A DNA stretch of 64,000 bases from Chryseobacterium gleum (GTDB taxonomy: Bacteria > Bacteroidota > Bacteroidia > UBA10329), in NCBI GenBank assembly GCA_945903645.1, contig CAMDOM010000013.1, forward strand, positions 485 to 64,484, given 5' to 3'. Under the pieces are notes generated by a model. It worked only from the letters and a program-made list of their open reading frames with translations, had not been told where the DNA came from and ran no database searches. A program made the position numbers and the translations under genes. Shown piece by piece: positions 1 through 9,543 of this stretch (position 1 is its first letter; every line of letters starts with the position of its first letter).

Positions 1-366
1 ATCATTCAATTGCAGGCGAACAGCACCTCTATTGGTGTACAATTCACCGTCTTCATCATTCAGTTCAATTGCATTGCCATAATCGCGTAATGCTGCGTCA
101 AATGATCCAAGTAATGCTGCAATTCGAGCTCTATTGAATAGCGCATCTTCATGTTTTGGATGAAGTTCTAATGCTTTAGTGAAATCAGCGTACGCATTTG
201 CAATATTCTTCCCGAAAAAACTTGCCAATCCGCGATTGTAATACGTATCGGCATTCTTTGGGTCAAGCTCCAAAGCTTCGGTATAATCAGCTACGGCACC
301 ATCAAAGTCCTTGCTTTCGAACTTCAAATCTCCATCAGTAATAAATTCAGCAGCTGATTTCACCAC
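1..366 (-). CDS. TPR-repeat protein, partial (runs off the window start)
   Basis: Manual translation from GTG 366: VVKSAAEFITDGDLKFESKDFDGAVADYTEALELDPKNADTYYNRGLAS...; open frame with TPR pattern; not in ORF track. Confidence 0.8.
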   Translation of the reverse strand, partial: MVKSAAEFITDGDLKFESKDFDGAVADYTEALELDPKNADTYYNRGLASFFGKNIANAYADFTKALELHPKHEDALFNRARIAALLGSFDAALRDYGNAIELNDEDGELYTNRGAVRLQLND

Positions 367-371
367 TCGAT

Positions 372-1082
372 TTATTGGTTGCATTTAGAACGAATGTAAT
401 CGTAAGCCTCAGATGCACCAAGTTCGCCAGCAATGCTCCAATCGATGCACGCACCTGCTTTATCCCCAAGAAAGCTCTTTGAAATTCCTCTGTTCAAATA
501 CGCTAATCCAAACTCGGAATCAATTTTTATGGCTTTGTTGAAATCTTGGACAGCGCCAAGATAATCGCCCAACGCAACTTTAGCGTCTCCACGATTGTAA
601 TGCGCGTCCAAATTGTAGGGATCAAGCTTAATTGCTGCATTGTATGCCTTCATGGCCTCAATGTACTCTTTTTGCTTGGCAAAGGCATTTCCCAATCTAA
701 GGTGCGCTACAGGATTCTGTGAGTTCAGTTCAATTGCCATATTGCAATCCTCAATAGCGCCTTTAAAATCTTTTAGATTCACATAAACTGAACTACGATT
801 GGCATAAGCCATGCTGTTTTTAGGGTCTAGCTCAATTACTTTATTGAAGTCTTGAATAGCACTGATATCATTTCCTAAAGCGATTTTGACTTCTCCACGT
901 TTAAGGAAATATTCAGGTTTTTTTTTGTCTTTACTTATTGCTTTGTCAAATTCGGATAAAGCCTCTATGTATTCTTTGCCCTCTAATTTTTTAACTCCAG
1001 AATTAAAAAGTTCGGGAGCTTCTTGAGCGATACATGCGAAGCTGAAAAACGTAAAGGATACGATAAGTAGTAATCGGTTCAT
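372..1082 (-). CDS. Secreted TPR-repeat protein
   Basis: Signal peptide; repeated AYxNRG / A(I/L)xDFNKAI TPR motifs. Confidence 0.9.
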   Translation of the reverse strand: MNRLLLIVSFTFFSFACIAQEAPELFNSGVKKLEGKEYIEALSEFDKAISKDKKKPEYFLKRGEVKIALGNDISAIQDFNKVIELDPKNSMAYANRSSVYVNLKDFKGAIEDCNMAIELNSQNPVAHLRLGNAFAKQKEYIEAMKAYNAAIKLDPYNLDAHYNRGDAKVALGDYLGAVQDFNKAIKIDSEFGLAYLNRGISKSFLGDKAGACIDWSIAGELGASEAYDYIRSKCNQ

Positions 1083-1155
1083 GCCAGTTTTTGAGAAAGG
1101 CCAAAAGTAATTAACCGAAAGCTTTAAGAAAACTAATAGGCGGAAAGTATTAACA

Positions 1156-1770
1156 CTAGTTGCAACGCTCTTTGAAAGCAGCCATTGGAGGAGAATACCC
1201 TAGTTTTTGGGCTTTCAGCAAGTCGTTGCAAGCTCCCAGAATATCGCCTTTTAACAATTTTACTTGACCACGCAACGAATATGCTTTCCCATAAGCGGGA
1301 TCCATACTCACCGCTTTATTCAAATCTTTCAACGCACCATCGTAGTCAGCCAAATCTTGTTTTGACAAACCTCGACCTAAAAACGCATCCTTTTCATTGG
1401 GATTTAATGCGATGGATGTAGTGAAATCCTCGATAGCACCTTTCAAATCGTTGAGTTTACGCTTCGATTTACCACGATTTGCATAGGCTTCGCTGTAATC
1501 GCCTTTTAGCGAAATGGCCATGTTGTAATCTTTTAATGCACCACGATAATCATCTAGCTCATCCTTAACGTAGCCACGATAGTTAAACGCTTGTATGAGT
1601 TTAGGGTCAAGAGCCAAGGCGGCATCTAAGTCCTTTAAAGCTGATCTATAATTTTGCATCTCCGCTTTGGATTGGGCTCTGCGATAGAGTTCCATTGCAG
1701 ATTGTGCTTGTGCTGTTGCAGCTAAGCAAAACAAAATGCTCAAACGAACAATAAATGAAAGACAATTCAT
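1156..1770 (-). CDS. Secreted TPR-repeat protein
   Basis: Signal peptide (AQA/Q); TPR motifs AYANRG, AFLGRG. Confidence 0.9.
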   Translation of the reverse strand: MNCLSFIVRLSILFCLAATAQAQSAMELYRRAQSKAEMQNYRSALKDLDAALALDPKLIQAFNYRGYVKDELDDYRGALKDYNMAISLKGDYSEAYANRGKSKRKLNDLKGAIEDFTTSIALNPNEKDAFLGRGLSKQDLADYDGALKDLNKAVSMDPAYGKAYSLRGQVKLLKGDILGACNDLLKAQKLGYSPPMAAFKERCN

Positions 1771-1858
1771 TGTGATGCAAAAATAAAAGATTTATGTGAC
1801 TTTCCACACTCCCAAAATAATTCTAATGACTTAATTTCGCGAAATTTAAGTTTCTGAT

Positions 1859-2098
1859 GTGATGTTCAACGAAGATGCGCTCAAAAAAATAGTACATCAC
1901 CTAATAGATGGAATTGTTGTTATAGACTCGAAAGGCATTATTCTGAATGTCAATCCTGCAATGTATTCCCTGTTTGGCTACAGCCCAAAAGAAATGGTGG
2001 GCAATAACATACGCATGTTAATGCCAGAACCTTATCACAGTCAGCATGATAATTACATTCACAATTACCACCGACAATCTGCTGGGGAATATCTTTAG
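1859..2098 (+). pseudogene. Truncated FixL-like PAS sensor (N-terminal fragment)
   Basis: DGIVVIDSKG...FGYSPKEMVGNNIRMLMPEPYHSQHDNYI is a FixL-type PAS; similarity breaks off at about 2072 with no kinase domain. Confidence 0.75.
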
Positions 2099-2120
2099 TA
2101 AGTTTTGTATCGGGAAGTAG
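2064..2120 (+). other. Orphan copy of the mnmE (trmE) 3' end; possible att-site scar
   Basis: Reads ITTDNLLGNIFSKFCIGK* in a different frame from the PAS ORF; FCIGK* is the conserved MnmE C-terminus. Confidence 0.8.
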
Positions 2121-2180
2121 GCTTGATTTTTTGGATGCTGAACAATGGGCAGGCTTGGAATCACAATCTGTGATTTCAAA

Positions 2181-3041
2181 CTAGTGGTACAAAGTCACCA
2201 CTGAAACTGGATTTTCGTATTTAGTCATCTTCCTTTTCTTTCGATTGGCAAAGTCGTACATTTTGGGAACCATCAGATAATACTTCTGGTTGGACTTTAA
2301 TGCCTTTTGGTAAATTCGATAGCCATTTTCATCCGTACCCATAGATTTTCCTCTGAAATGTGAGAGCTCCATTTCGCTTACTTCACTTAGGAAGAACTTA
2401 TTTTCAATAAACCACTCATTTTCAAAATTTTCCTTTGTAGACAGTGTGAGAAAGTTGGTAAGATGAATAGGTGAGGAATCCTCCGTAAGCGATTCTTTAT
2501 ATATCGTAGCCATTTTTGAAGGGTTAGACTCATTTGTAGTCGTTTCAATCTGAGTGGTAGAAGGATTCATGAAATAATAGGCTGCATTATTAATTGAATA
2601 TTCATTCCTTGTGATTTTAGAGAATGGTGGAAGAAATGTTATACGTTCCACCGGACGAATTATAGATTCTCCTGCTGAAATGGCAGAACCTACGGACATT
2701 CCATAAGACCCTCTAAAGCTTACTCCAGTACTTATTGATAAGGAGTTAACCACAGTTACGTCCGTCCAATAAACATAAGGTGCTCCGTTGTAAACTAGGT
2801 TTGATTTTTTTCAATCAATGTAGATTGGAGTTGTCATTTTATTCTCAATGGTGAACTCGAATTTCCCATGATGTGCCCAAAAGAAATACGAAATTCTTAC
2901 CGTGTCATTTTCAAATACAAACCCATTTTTTTCCTCGCTAATTTTAGTTCCAATTGGTTTCAAATGCGCCAATTGAATCATTTGCTTGTTGCAAGAAGAT
3001 AATGCCATTGTAGCGAGTAATAGAATGGCTGTACGAATCAT
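2181..3041 (-). pseudogene. Hypothetical lipoprotein interrupted by one in-frame TGA (2811-2813)
   Basis: Lipobox LSSC; ORFs 2811-3041 and 2181-2753 are in the same frame and join as ...PIYID*KKSNLVYNGAPYVYWTDVTVVN... Confidence 0.7.
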
Positions 3042-3175
3042 GTGTTATGATGTTGAACGACAATGATACAAAACAGATGACTAAGAAAAATAGTCACATT
3101 TCATAGTTCATTTCTGTTTTTCAAGCCCTATTTTATATCATTTGAGCAACCCCACATCTTTCCGACATTTGCCCC

Positions 3176-4444
3176 ATGGACTATCAGAATTCCCTTGAGT
3201 ATGCGCAGCAAATGGATGCCGCAGATGTGTTGAGAGTGTATCGTAGTCGGTTCTTCCATCCGAAATTGAAGAATGTGGAAGCGCGTTATTTCTGTGGCAA
3301 TTCGCTGGGGTTGCAGCCCAAAGCAGTGCAAGCCGCCTTGCAACAAGAGCTTGACGATTGGGCCGATCACGCGGTGGAAGGTCATTTCAAAGCCAAACAT
3401 CCGTGGTTTAGCTATCAAGATATGTTTTCCGGGCCCATTGCGCGCATGGTAGGCGCACAGCCCATGGAGGTAACCGTGATGAACGCCTTGACAGTGAACT
3501 TGCACCTGATGATGGTGTCGTTCTACAGGCCACAGGGCAAGCGCATAAAAATTATTTGCGAAGCCAAAGCGTTTCCATCCGATCAGTATGCCATCGAGTC
3601 GCAAGTGGCTTTTCATGGCCTTCAAGCTTCGGATGCTATTGTGGAAGTAGCCCCTCGTGCGGGCGAGCATCTTATTCGCCACGATGATATTTTGGCGGCC
3701 ATCGAAACGCATGGAAACGAAGTGGCTTTGGTACTTTTTGGCGGAGTGAATTACTACACGGGGCAGCTGTTCGATATGAACGCCATTACCGAAGCAGGGC
3801 ATGCTGTGGGTGCTCAGGTTGGCTTCGATTTGGCGCATGCTGTTGGCAATGTTCCGCTGCACTTGCACGATTGGAATGTGGATTTTGCCACGTGGTGTAC
3901 CTACAAGTATCTGAATAGTGGGCCTGGAGCGGTATCGGGCGTTTATGTGCATCAGCGGCATTGCAACAATCCAAGTTTGCCGCGTTTTGCAGGTTGGTGG
4001 GGTAACAATCCTGACACGCGGTTTAAAATGGAACCTGGTTTTGTGCCTGCCGAAGGCGCTCGTGGGTGGCAAATGAGCAATGTGCCTGTGCTGTCTATGG
4101 CAGCGCACAAGGCAGCACTCGATGTTCATGATGAGGTAGGTATGGAGCAGTTGCGCCAAAAAAGCGTGGCGCTTACAGGGTATTTGGAGTTTTTGGTGGC
4201 ACAAACCGCCCATACTGACGAGGTGGAAATCATCACCCCAACCAACCCTGCACAGCGCGGATGTCAGCTTTCATTATTTGTGAAGAAAAACGCGAAGCAG
4301 TTGCATGCTGTATTATTAGATGCAGGCGTAATTACCGATTATCGCGAGCCGAACGTGATACGCTTGGCACCTGTACCGCTCTACAATTCGTTTGAAGATG
4401 TGTGGGTATTTGCTGATGTGTTAAAGCGCCATTTGCGCGCCTAG
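3176..4444 (+). CDS. kynU: Kynureninase
   Basis: YFCGNSLGLQP, DLAHAVGN, WCTYKYLNSGPG (PLP lysine). Confidence 0.95.
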   Translation: MDYQNSLEYAQQMDAADVLRVYRSRFFHPKLKNVEARYFCGNSLGLQPKAVQAALQQELDDWADHAVEGHFKAKHPWFSYQDMFSGPIARMVGAQPMEVTVMNALTVNLHLMMVSFYRPQGKRIKIICEAKAFPSDQYAIESQVAFHGLQASDAIVEVAPRAGEHLIRHDDILAAIETHGNEVALVLFGGVNYYTGQLFDMNAITEAGHAVGAQVGFDLAHAVGNVPLHLHDWNVDFATWCTYKYLNSGPGAVSGVYVHQRHCNNPSLPRFAGWWGNNPDTRFKMEPGFVPAEGARGWQMSNVPVLSMAAHKAALDVHDEVGMEQLRQKSVALTGYLEFLVAQTAHTDEVEIITPTNPAQRGCQLSLFVKKNAKQLHAVLLDAGVITDYREPNVIRLAPVPLYNSFEDVWVFADVLKRHLRA

Positions 4445-4445
4445 A

Positions 4446-5153
4446 CTACAGTTCCATTCTATTCCACGTCACCGATTTCCAAATTTCCACCACTTCGCTC
4501 ACAGCCAAGTTGTAGGGTTTGAATGTGGGATTGGTAGACACCAGTTGCAGTGTGCCATTGGTGGCAATGGCGATGTACACCAGTTTGAACACCACGCCAT
4601 CGTTTCGGGTAACGATAATGCAAGGTGTGCCGGGTTTTATGGTGCTCCAGTCCTCCACAAAAGCGCCAGTAACCCATGCGCCATTGGGAATGGGCAACAT
4701 CGAATCGCCTTTGAGTTGGAAGCAACGATAGGTTTTTTCTCTCGGAAGAAAAGGCAATTGAAAGCGCGGTAGCTGCCCAATAAAATCGGGGTCGCCATAG
4801 CCGTTGGCATAGCCTGCTTGGGCCTTGGTGCCTACAAGCTCGATATTTTCGTTGCCATTTTTATCTACAGTCACCGTTAGCAGCCGCAGCTTTTGGCCTG
4901 TGATGTCGATATCCATGCCGCGCTCCACCTCCGAAAGTTGAAATGCCGAAAGTTTGCTAAGGTCGTAGCGCACCAAGGCATCGAGGCTCATTTTGAAATA
5001 GTCGGCCATGCGCATCAACTTGGCAAAAGGCGGCTGCACCCCTTTTTCGTACCCAATAAGCGTGGTGCGGCTTAGGTCGATGCTTTTTGCAAGTTCGGTT
5101 TGCGAAATGCGGCTGCGTTCGCGCAAAAATTTCAGGTTCGAAGAGAAAAACAT
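4446..5153 (-). CDS. XRE-family HTH / S24 peptidase (LexA/CI-like) regulator
   Basis: N-terminal HTH (SQTELAKSIDLSRTTLIGYE); AG cleavage-type site, GDSM serine and VVFK lysine. Confidence 0.9.
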   Translation of the reverse strand: MFFSSNLKFLRERSRISQTELAKSIDLSRTTLIGYEKGVQPPFAKLMRMADYFKMSLDALVRYDLSKLSAFQLSEVERGMDIDITGQKLRLLTVTVDKNGNENIELVGTKAQAGYANGYGDPDFIGQLPRFQLPFLPREKTYRCFQLKGDSMLPIPNGAWVTGAFVEDWSTIKPGTPCIIVTRNDGVVFKLVYIAIATNGTLQLVSTNPTFKPYNLAVSEVVEIWKSVTWNRMEL

Positions 5154-5184
5154 GCTTTTTTATTTGGTGGCGAAGATAAAGAAT

Positions 5185-5222
5185 GTCTACATTATGGACT
5201 TTAATGTGTCGATATTATAGAC
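5185..5222. promoter_or_regulatory. Two candidate operator sites (GTC-N9-GAC) in the divergent regulator/dinB promoter
   Basis: GTCTACATTATGGAC (5185-5199) and GTCGATATTATAGAC (5208-5222), 12/15 identical. Confidence 0.55.
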
Positions 5223-5231
5223 TACTACGTT

Positions 5232-6440
5232 TTGCCCTCCATCATTCATATCGACCTTGATTCCTTTTTCGTTTCGTGCGAGCGGTTGTTGGATAGCAGC
5301 CTCATGCATCGGCCTGTGTTGATTGGTGGTACATCCGATCGCGGAGTGGTGGCTTCGTGCAGCTACGAAGCGCGGGCGTTTGGTGTGCATGCGGCTATGC
5401 CCATGCGCATGGCGCGGCAGTTGTGTCCGGAGGCCGTGGTTATTCGCGGCAATAGCGGCACCTACAGTAAGTTTTCGCACATGGTTACCGACATTATTCG
5501 TGATCAATCTCCTCTATTTGAAAAATCGTCTATCGATGAATTTTATATCGATGTAACGGGCATGGATCGATTTTTTGGGTGCTACAAATGGGGACAAGAA
5601 CTGCGTGAACGCATCATTCGCGAAACACATTTGCCTATATCTTTTGCGCTATCTACCAGCAAAACTGTAGCTAAAGTGGGCACGGGCGAGGCCAAACCCA
5701 ACAATCATAGAGAAATTCCGAAGAATACAGAAAAGAGTTTTTTGGCTCCGCTGTCGGTAAAGAAAATTCCGATGGTGGGCGATCAAACCTATCGCATGTT
5801 GCGCAGCATGGGCATCGAGCAGGTGCGCACTGTGCAAGAAATGCCAGTAGAACTTATGGAACGCGTGATGGGAAAACCTGGCCTATCGCTATGGCACAAA
5901 GCGCAGGGCATCGATAATTCACCCATTGTGCCGTTTCACGAACGAAAATCCATCTCGCTTGAACGCACATTTGAGCGCGACACCACCGATTTGGTGAAAC
6001 TGAAAAGCATTATCCGCGCCATGGCCGAAAGCTTGGCGTATCAGTTGCGCAACGGGAATAAACTGACGGCTTGTGTATCGGTAAAAATTCGCTATTCCGA
6101 TTTTCAAACCCATAGCCGACAGCGCAGTATAGCCTACACCAGTTCCGACCACACCTTAATAAGTGCTGTGGAAGAGTTGTTTGACCAACTTTTCGACCGC
6201 AGAGTTCTTATTCGTTTGGTAGGTGTGCGCTTTAGCCATTTGGTGGGTGGCGGCCAGCAAATAAACCTTTTTGATGATAGCGAGAAGATGCTAAAACTCT
6301 ATCAAGCCATGGATTTGATGCGCAATCGTTATGGGCAAGATGCAGTGAAACGCGCTGTGACTATGGGTTCCAAAGGCTTGGGCGGCATGAATCCCTTCAA
6401 TGGCGAACCGCCCATCATACCCGCGCATCGCAGGTCATAA
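5232..6440 (+). CDS. dinB: DNA polymerase IV (Y-family)
   Basis: IIHIDLDSFFVSCE, SCSYEARAFGV, SIDEFY motifs. Confidence 0.93.
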   Translation: MPSIIHIDLDSFFVSCERLLDSSLMHRPVLIGGTSDRGVVASCSYEARAFGVHAAMPMRMARQLCPEAVVIRGNSGTYSKFSHMVTDIIRDQSPLFEKSSIDEFYIDVTGMDRFFGCYKWGQELRERIIRETHLPISFALSTSKTVAKVGTGEAKPNNHREIPKNTEKSFLAPLSVKKIPMVGDQTYRMLRSMGIEQVRTVQEMPVELMERVMGKPGLSLWHKAQGIDNSPIVPFHERKSISLERTFERDTTDLVKLKSIIRAMAESLAYQLRNGNKLTACVSVKIRYSDFQTHSRQRSIAYTSSDHTLISAVEELFDQLFDRRVLIRLVGVRFSHLVGGGQQINLFDDSEKMLKLYQAMDLMRNRYGQDAVKRAVTMGSKGLGGMNPFNGEPPIIPAHRRS

Positions 6441-6480
6441 AAAAACCACCCAACTTCTACGGTTAGAAGCGGGTGGTTTC
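6441..6480. terminator. Hairpin between convergent dinB and ndk
   Basis: aaaccaccc..cttcta-cggt-tagaag.gggtggttt inverted repeat. Confidence 0.65.
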
Positions 6481-6500
6481 TATGGATAGGTTCGTTATGC

Positions 6501-6920
6501 TCAGAAACGCTCGAACTTCGAGAAGAAGAATGCACCTTCAATCTCGGCATTCTCATCGCTATCTGAACCGTGAACTGCATTTTTCGCTTTCGATTCTGCA
6601 AACTTGCTACGGATAGTACCAGTAGCAGCCTCAGCTGGATCAGTAGCACCAATCAAAGCGCGGAAATCTGCCACAGCATTGTCTTTTTCTAAAATGGCAG
6701 CCACAATAGGACCAGAGCTCATGTATTCTACTAATTCGCCATAAAACGGACGCGCACTGTGGACTGCATAAAATTCGCCAGCCAATTCGGTAGAAAGGCT
6801 AGTATATTTCATGGCAATGATGCGGAATCCCGCAGTGTTTATCATTTCCAATATGCCGCCAATGCTATTGCTTTCAACTGCATCGGGCTTAATCATTGTA
6901 AAGGTTCTATTCGTAGCCAT
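6501..6920 (-). CDS. ndk: Nucleoside-diphosphate kinase (start revised to ATG 6920)
   Basis: [18 protein letters not shown] catalytic His motif. Confidence 0.95.
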   Translation of the reverse strand: MATNRTFTMIKPDAVESNSIGGILEMINTAGFRIIAMKYTSLSTELAGEFYAVHSARPFYGELVEYMSSGPIVAAILEKDNAVADFRALIGATDPAEAATGTIRSKFAESKAKNAVHGSDSDENAEIEGAFFFSKFERF

Positions 6921-7049
6921 GGTGTGTTTGAGTGTTTTTTCTATTGAGCCGCGAAAGTAGACAATCTGATTGCTGCTAAAAAGCCGAAATTCAATCAATA
7001 TGCCACCACGGTTCAAAGGGTTATCTTCGCGCCTTATTCCCGCGCTATT

Positions 7050-8060
7050 TTGACTACAGAGAACGTTCATAAATTGAAGCAATTGCTAAGCACACCGCGC
7101 ACCATCGCCATTGTGTCGCACAAGAGTCCAGATGGCGATGCTATTGGCTCGTCATTAGGATTGGGGCATTATCTGCGTGGCAAAGGCCATACCGTAAATG
7201 TGGTGATGCCCAACGATTATCCCGATTTTTTAAAGTGGATGGTGGGCACAGAGCAAGTGTTGTTGCACGATAAAAACACTGTTGCAAGCGAAAAGCTTGT
7301 TCATGATTGCGATGTGCTCTTTTGCCTCGATTTCAACACACCATCGCGGGCATTTGGGTTGGAAAAAAGCATTCGCGAAACCAAAGCCCTCAAGGTAATG
7401 GTAGACCATCATCCGCAGCCCGATGCGTTTTTCGACATCCTAATGTCTGATACATCTTCGGGTTCTACTGCGCAATTGGTGTATCGACTTATTTCCATGA
7501 TGGGCGATAAGGTGCCAAACAAAGATTGTGGCGAATGCTTGTATGCTGGCATTCTCACCGATTCGGGTAGTTTTCGTTTTCCGAGCACCACAGCCGAAAC
7601 ACATCGTATTGTGGCTGATTTGCTTGACGTTGGCGTGGATAATGCTGGGGTGTACGACCATATTCACAACGCCAGTTCGGAGCATCGTTTACGGCTTTTG
7701 GGCTATTGCATTAACGATAAACTTACGGTGCTTCCTCAGTTTGGAACGGGATACATTTCACTTACACTGGCCGAAAAAAACAAGTTTAAATACCAAGCAG
7801 GCGATACTGAAGGCACCGTCAATTATCCGCTATCAATAGAAGGCGTTAATTTCTCGGCCATCTTTATTGAAGACACCGACATGGTGAAAATTTCGTTTCG
7901 TTCCATTGGCAATTTTGATGTGAATGCCTTTGCGCGCAATCATTTTGATGGCGGTGGGCATCGCAACGCAGCAGGCGGTCGTTCCGATTTGAACCTAGCC
8001 GACACCGTTGCCAAGTTTGTAGCCCTATTGCCGCAGTATAGCTCGGATTTATCCAAATGA
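7050..8060 (+). CDS. nrnA: DHH/DHHA1 phosphoesterase (NrnA-like oligoribonuclease / pAp phosphatase)
   Basis: [24 protein letters not shown]. Confidence 0.88.
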   Translation: MTTENVHKLKQLLSTPRTIAIVSHKSPDGDAIGSSLGLGHYLRGKGHTVNVVMPNDYPDFLKWMVGTEQVLLHDKNTVASEKLVHDCDVLFCLDFNTPSRAFGLEKSIRETKALKVMVDHHPQPDAFFDILMSDTSSGSTAQLVYRLISMMGDKVPNKDCGECLYAGILTDSGSFRFPSTTAETHRIVADLLDVGVDNAGVYDHIHNASSEHRLRLLGYCINDKLTVLPQFGTGYISLTLAEKNKFKYQAGDTEGTVNYPLSIEGVNFSAIFIEDTDMVKISFRSIGNFDVNAFARNHFDGGGHRNAAGGRSDLNLADTVAKFVALLPQYSSDLSK

Positions 8061-8605
8061 ACAACACACGATTCAGTAGCTTAGGCTGTGCACTTGGAGT
8101 AATTATACTTTACCTAAATGCCTGCACGCCAGATGCGCCACAATTGCCCGAACTTAGCCCAGCGGATTATAAAGAGCCGCTGATGGAAGCCAACAAACAA
8201 CTACTTGTTTCTGAGGCTGATGATATTGCTGCCTATGTTTCGCGCCATCATTTAACATTAACTGCCACGGGTTCTGGTTTGCAATATGTGTTAAACAAAA
8301 AAGGCACAGGATTACAGGCAAAGTTTGGCATGCAAGCCCGCATTTTTTACACGCTGAGTTTGTTAGATGGAACCACGTGCTATACTTCTAAAGAACGCGG
8401 ACCAATGGAATTTCTTATTGGAAAAGGCGGTGTGGAAAGCGGATTGGAAGAAGCCATTCTTCTAATGCGCGAAGGCGATAGGGGTCTATTTATTTTACCT
8501 TCGCACCTTGCCCATGGCTTGCTTGGCGATGATGATTGCATTCCTCGAAAGGCCGTTGTGGTTTATGATATAGAACTTTTAACCTTGCTTGCTCCTAATT
8601 CTTAA
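8057..8605 (+). CDS. gldI: FKBP-type PPIase lipoprotein, GldI-like
   Basis: Lipobox LNAC, FKBP fold (GLEEAILLM...LPSHLAHG); sits between DHH and another PPIase, as recalled for Flavobacterium gldI. Confidence 0.65.
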   Translation: MNNTRFSSLGCALGVIILYLNACTPDAPQLPELSPADYKEPLMEANKQLLVSEADDIAAYVSRHHLTLTATGSGLQYVLNKKGTGLQAKFGMQARIFYTLSLLDGTTCYTSKERGPMEFLIGKGGVESGLEEAILLMREGDRGLFILPSHLAHGLLGDDDCIPRKAVVVYDIELLTLLAPNS

Positions 8606-8637
8606 CGTTTCATTTTCAATCCTTCAAAACCGAATTC

Positions 8638-9474
8638 ATGAAAAAAACATTGCTTTTTGCCACCGTAGCTTGGGTGGTGCTCTCATCTTCCAAGTGCAAC
8701 GACAAAACCACTGGCGCTTCTGGCGATGGTGCCGATGGCAAGGCCAAATCGGGCATCGACACCATCACCACATCAACTGGACTCAAATACATTATCTGGA
8801 AAAAAGGAACTGGAGCAAAAGCTGAAGCTGGCGACAACGTATCAGTACATTATGCTGGACGATTGCTCACAGGTGCACCATTCGATAATTCGTACGACCG
8901 TGGCAAGCCGTTCGATTTTCCTTTGGGTGGTGGCCGCGTTATTAAAGGTTGGGACGAGGGAATTGGCTACATGAATGTGGGCGATTCGGCCACGCTTATC
9001 ATCCCTGCAAATTTGGGATATGGCACTACAGATAGACCAAGTATTCCTGCCAATTCAACTCTTATTTTTGACGTTCAACTAATGAATGTCAAAAAAGTGG
9101 TTAAACCTGTTCCATACGAAGTAAAAGGCCGCGATACTTTATCTACCGCTTCTGGCCTGCGGTATATTCGATTGAACGAAACTCAAGGTGAGCTGGCAGT
9201 TGCTAGCAAAACCGTTGCCGTGCATTATTCGGGCTATTTGGAAAACGGAACGGTTTTCGATAGCTCCATTAGCCGTGGCGAACCTATTTCTTTTCCATTG
9301 GGGCAAGGACGCGTAATAAAAGGATGGGACGAGGGTATTGCACTGCTAAAAGTAGGCGAAAAAGCGCGATTGCTTATTCCTAGCGCATTGGCTTATGGCG
9401 ATCGCGGTGCTGGCGGACTTATTCCCCCAGGTGCTAACTTAATCTTCGATGTAGAGTTAGTCTCTGTTAAATAG
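8638..9474 (+). CDS. Tandem two-domain FKBP-type PPIase
   Basis: Two VIKGWDEG...LIFDV FKBP domains after a signal peptide. Confidence 0.92.
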   Translation: MKKTLLFATVAWVVLSSSKCNDKTTGASGDGADGKAKSGIDTITTSTGLKYIIWKKGTGAKAEAGDNVSVHYAGRLLTGAPFDNSYDRGKPFDFPLGGGRVIKGWDEGIGYMNVGDSATLIIPANLGYGTTDRPSIPANSTLIFDVQLMNVKKVVKPVPYEVKGRDTLSTASGLRYIRLNETQGELAVASKTVAVHYSGYLENGTVFDSSISRGEPISFPLGQGRVIKGWDEGIALLKVGEKARLLIPSALAYGDRGAGGLIPPGANLIFDVELVSVK

Positions 9475-9491
9475 AAACGACTCTCGGATGA

Positions 9492-9528
9492 AACAAAAAG
9501 GGGGCGCAATTCGCGCCCCTTTTTTGTT
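9492..9528. terminator. Bidirectional intrinsic terminator
   Basis: aacaaaaagggggcgc-aatt-cgcgcccctttttgtt between convergent genes. Confidence 0.85.
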
Positions 9529-9543
9529 GGAATAAGTTGGTGT

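Noticed and set aside
3128-4213. 361-aa antisense ORF over kynU, and other long antisense ORFs (20363-20941, 27169-27672, 62169-62778)
   Set aside because: Shadow frames of well-supported genes with no recognisable motifs.
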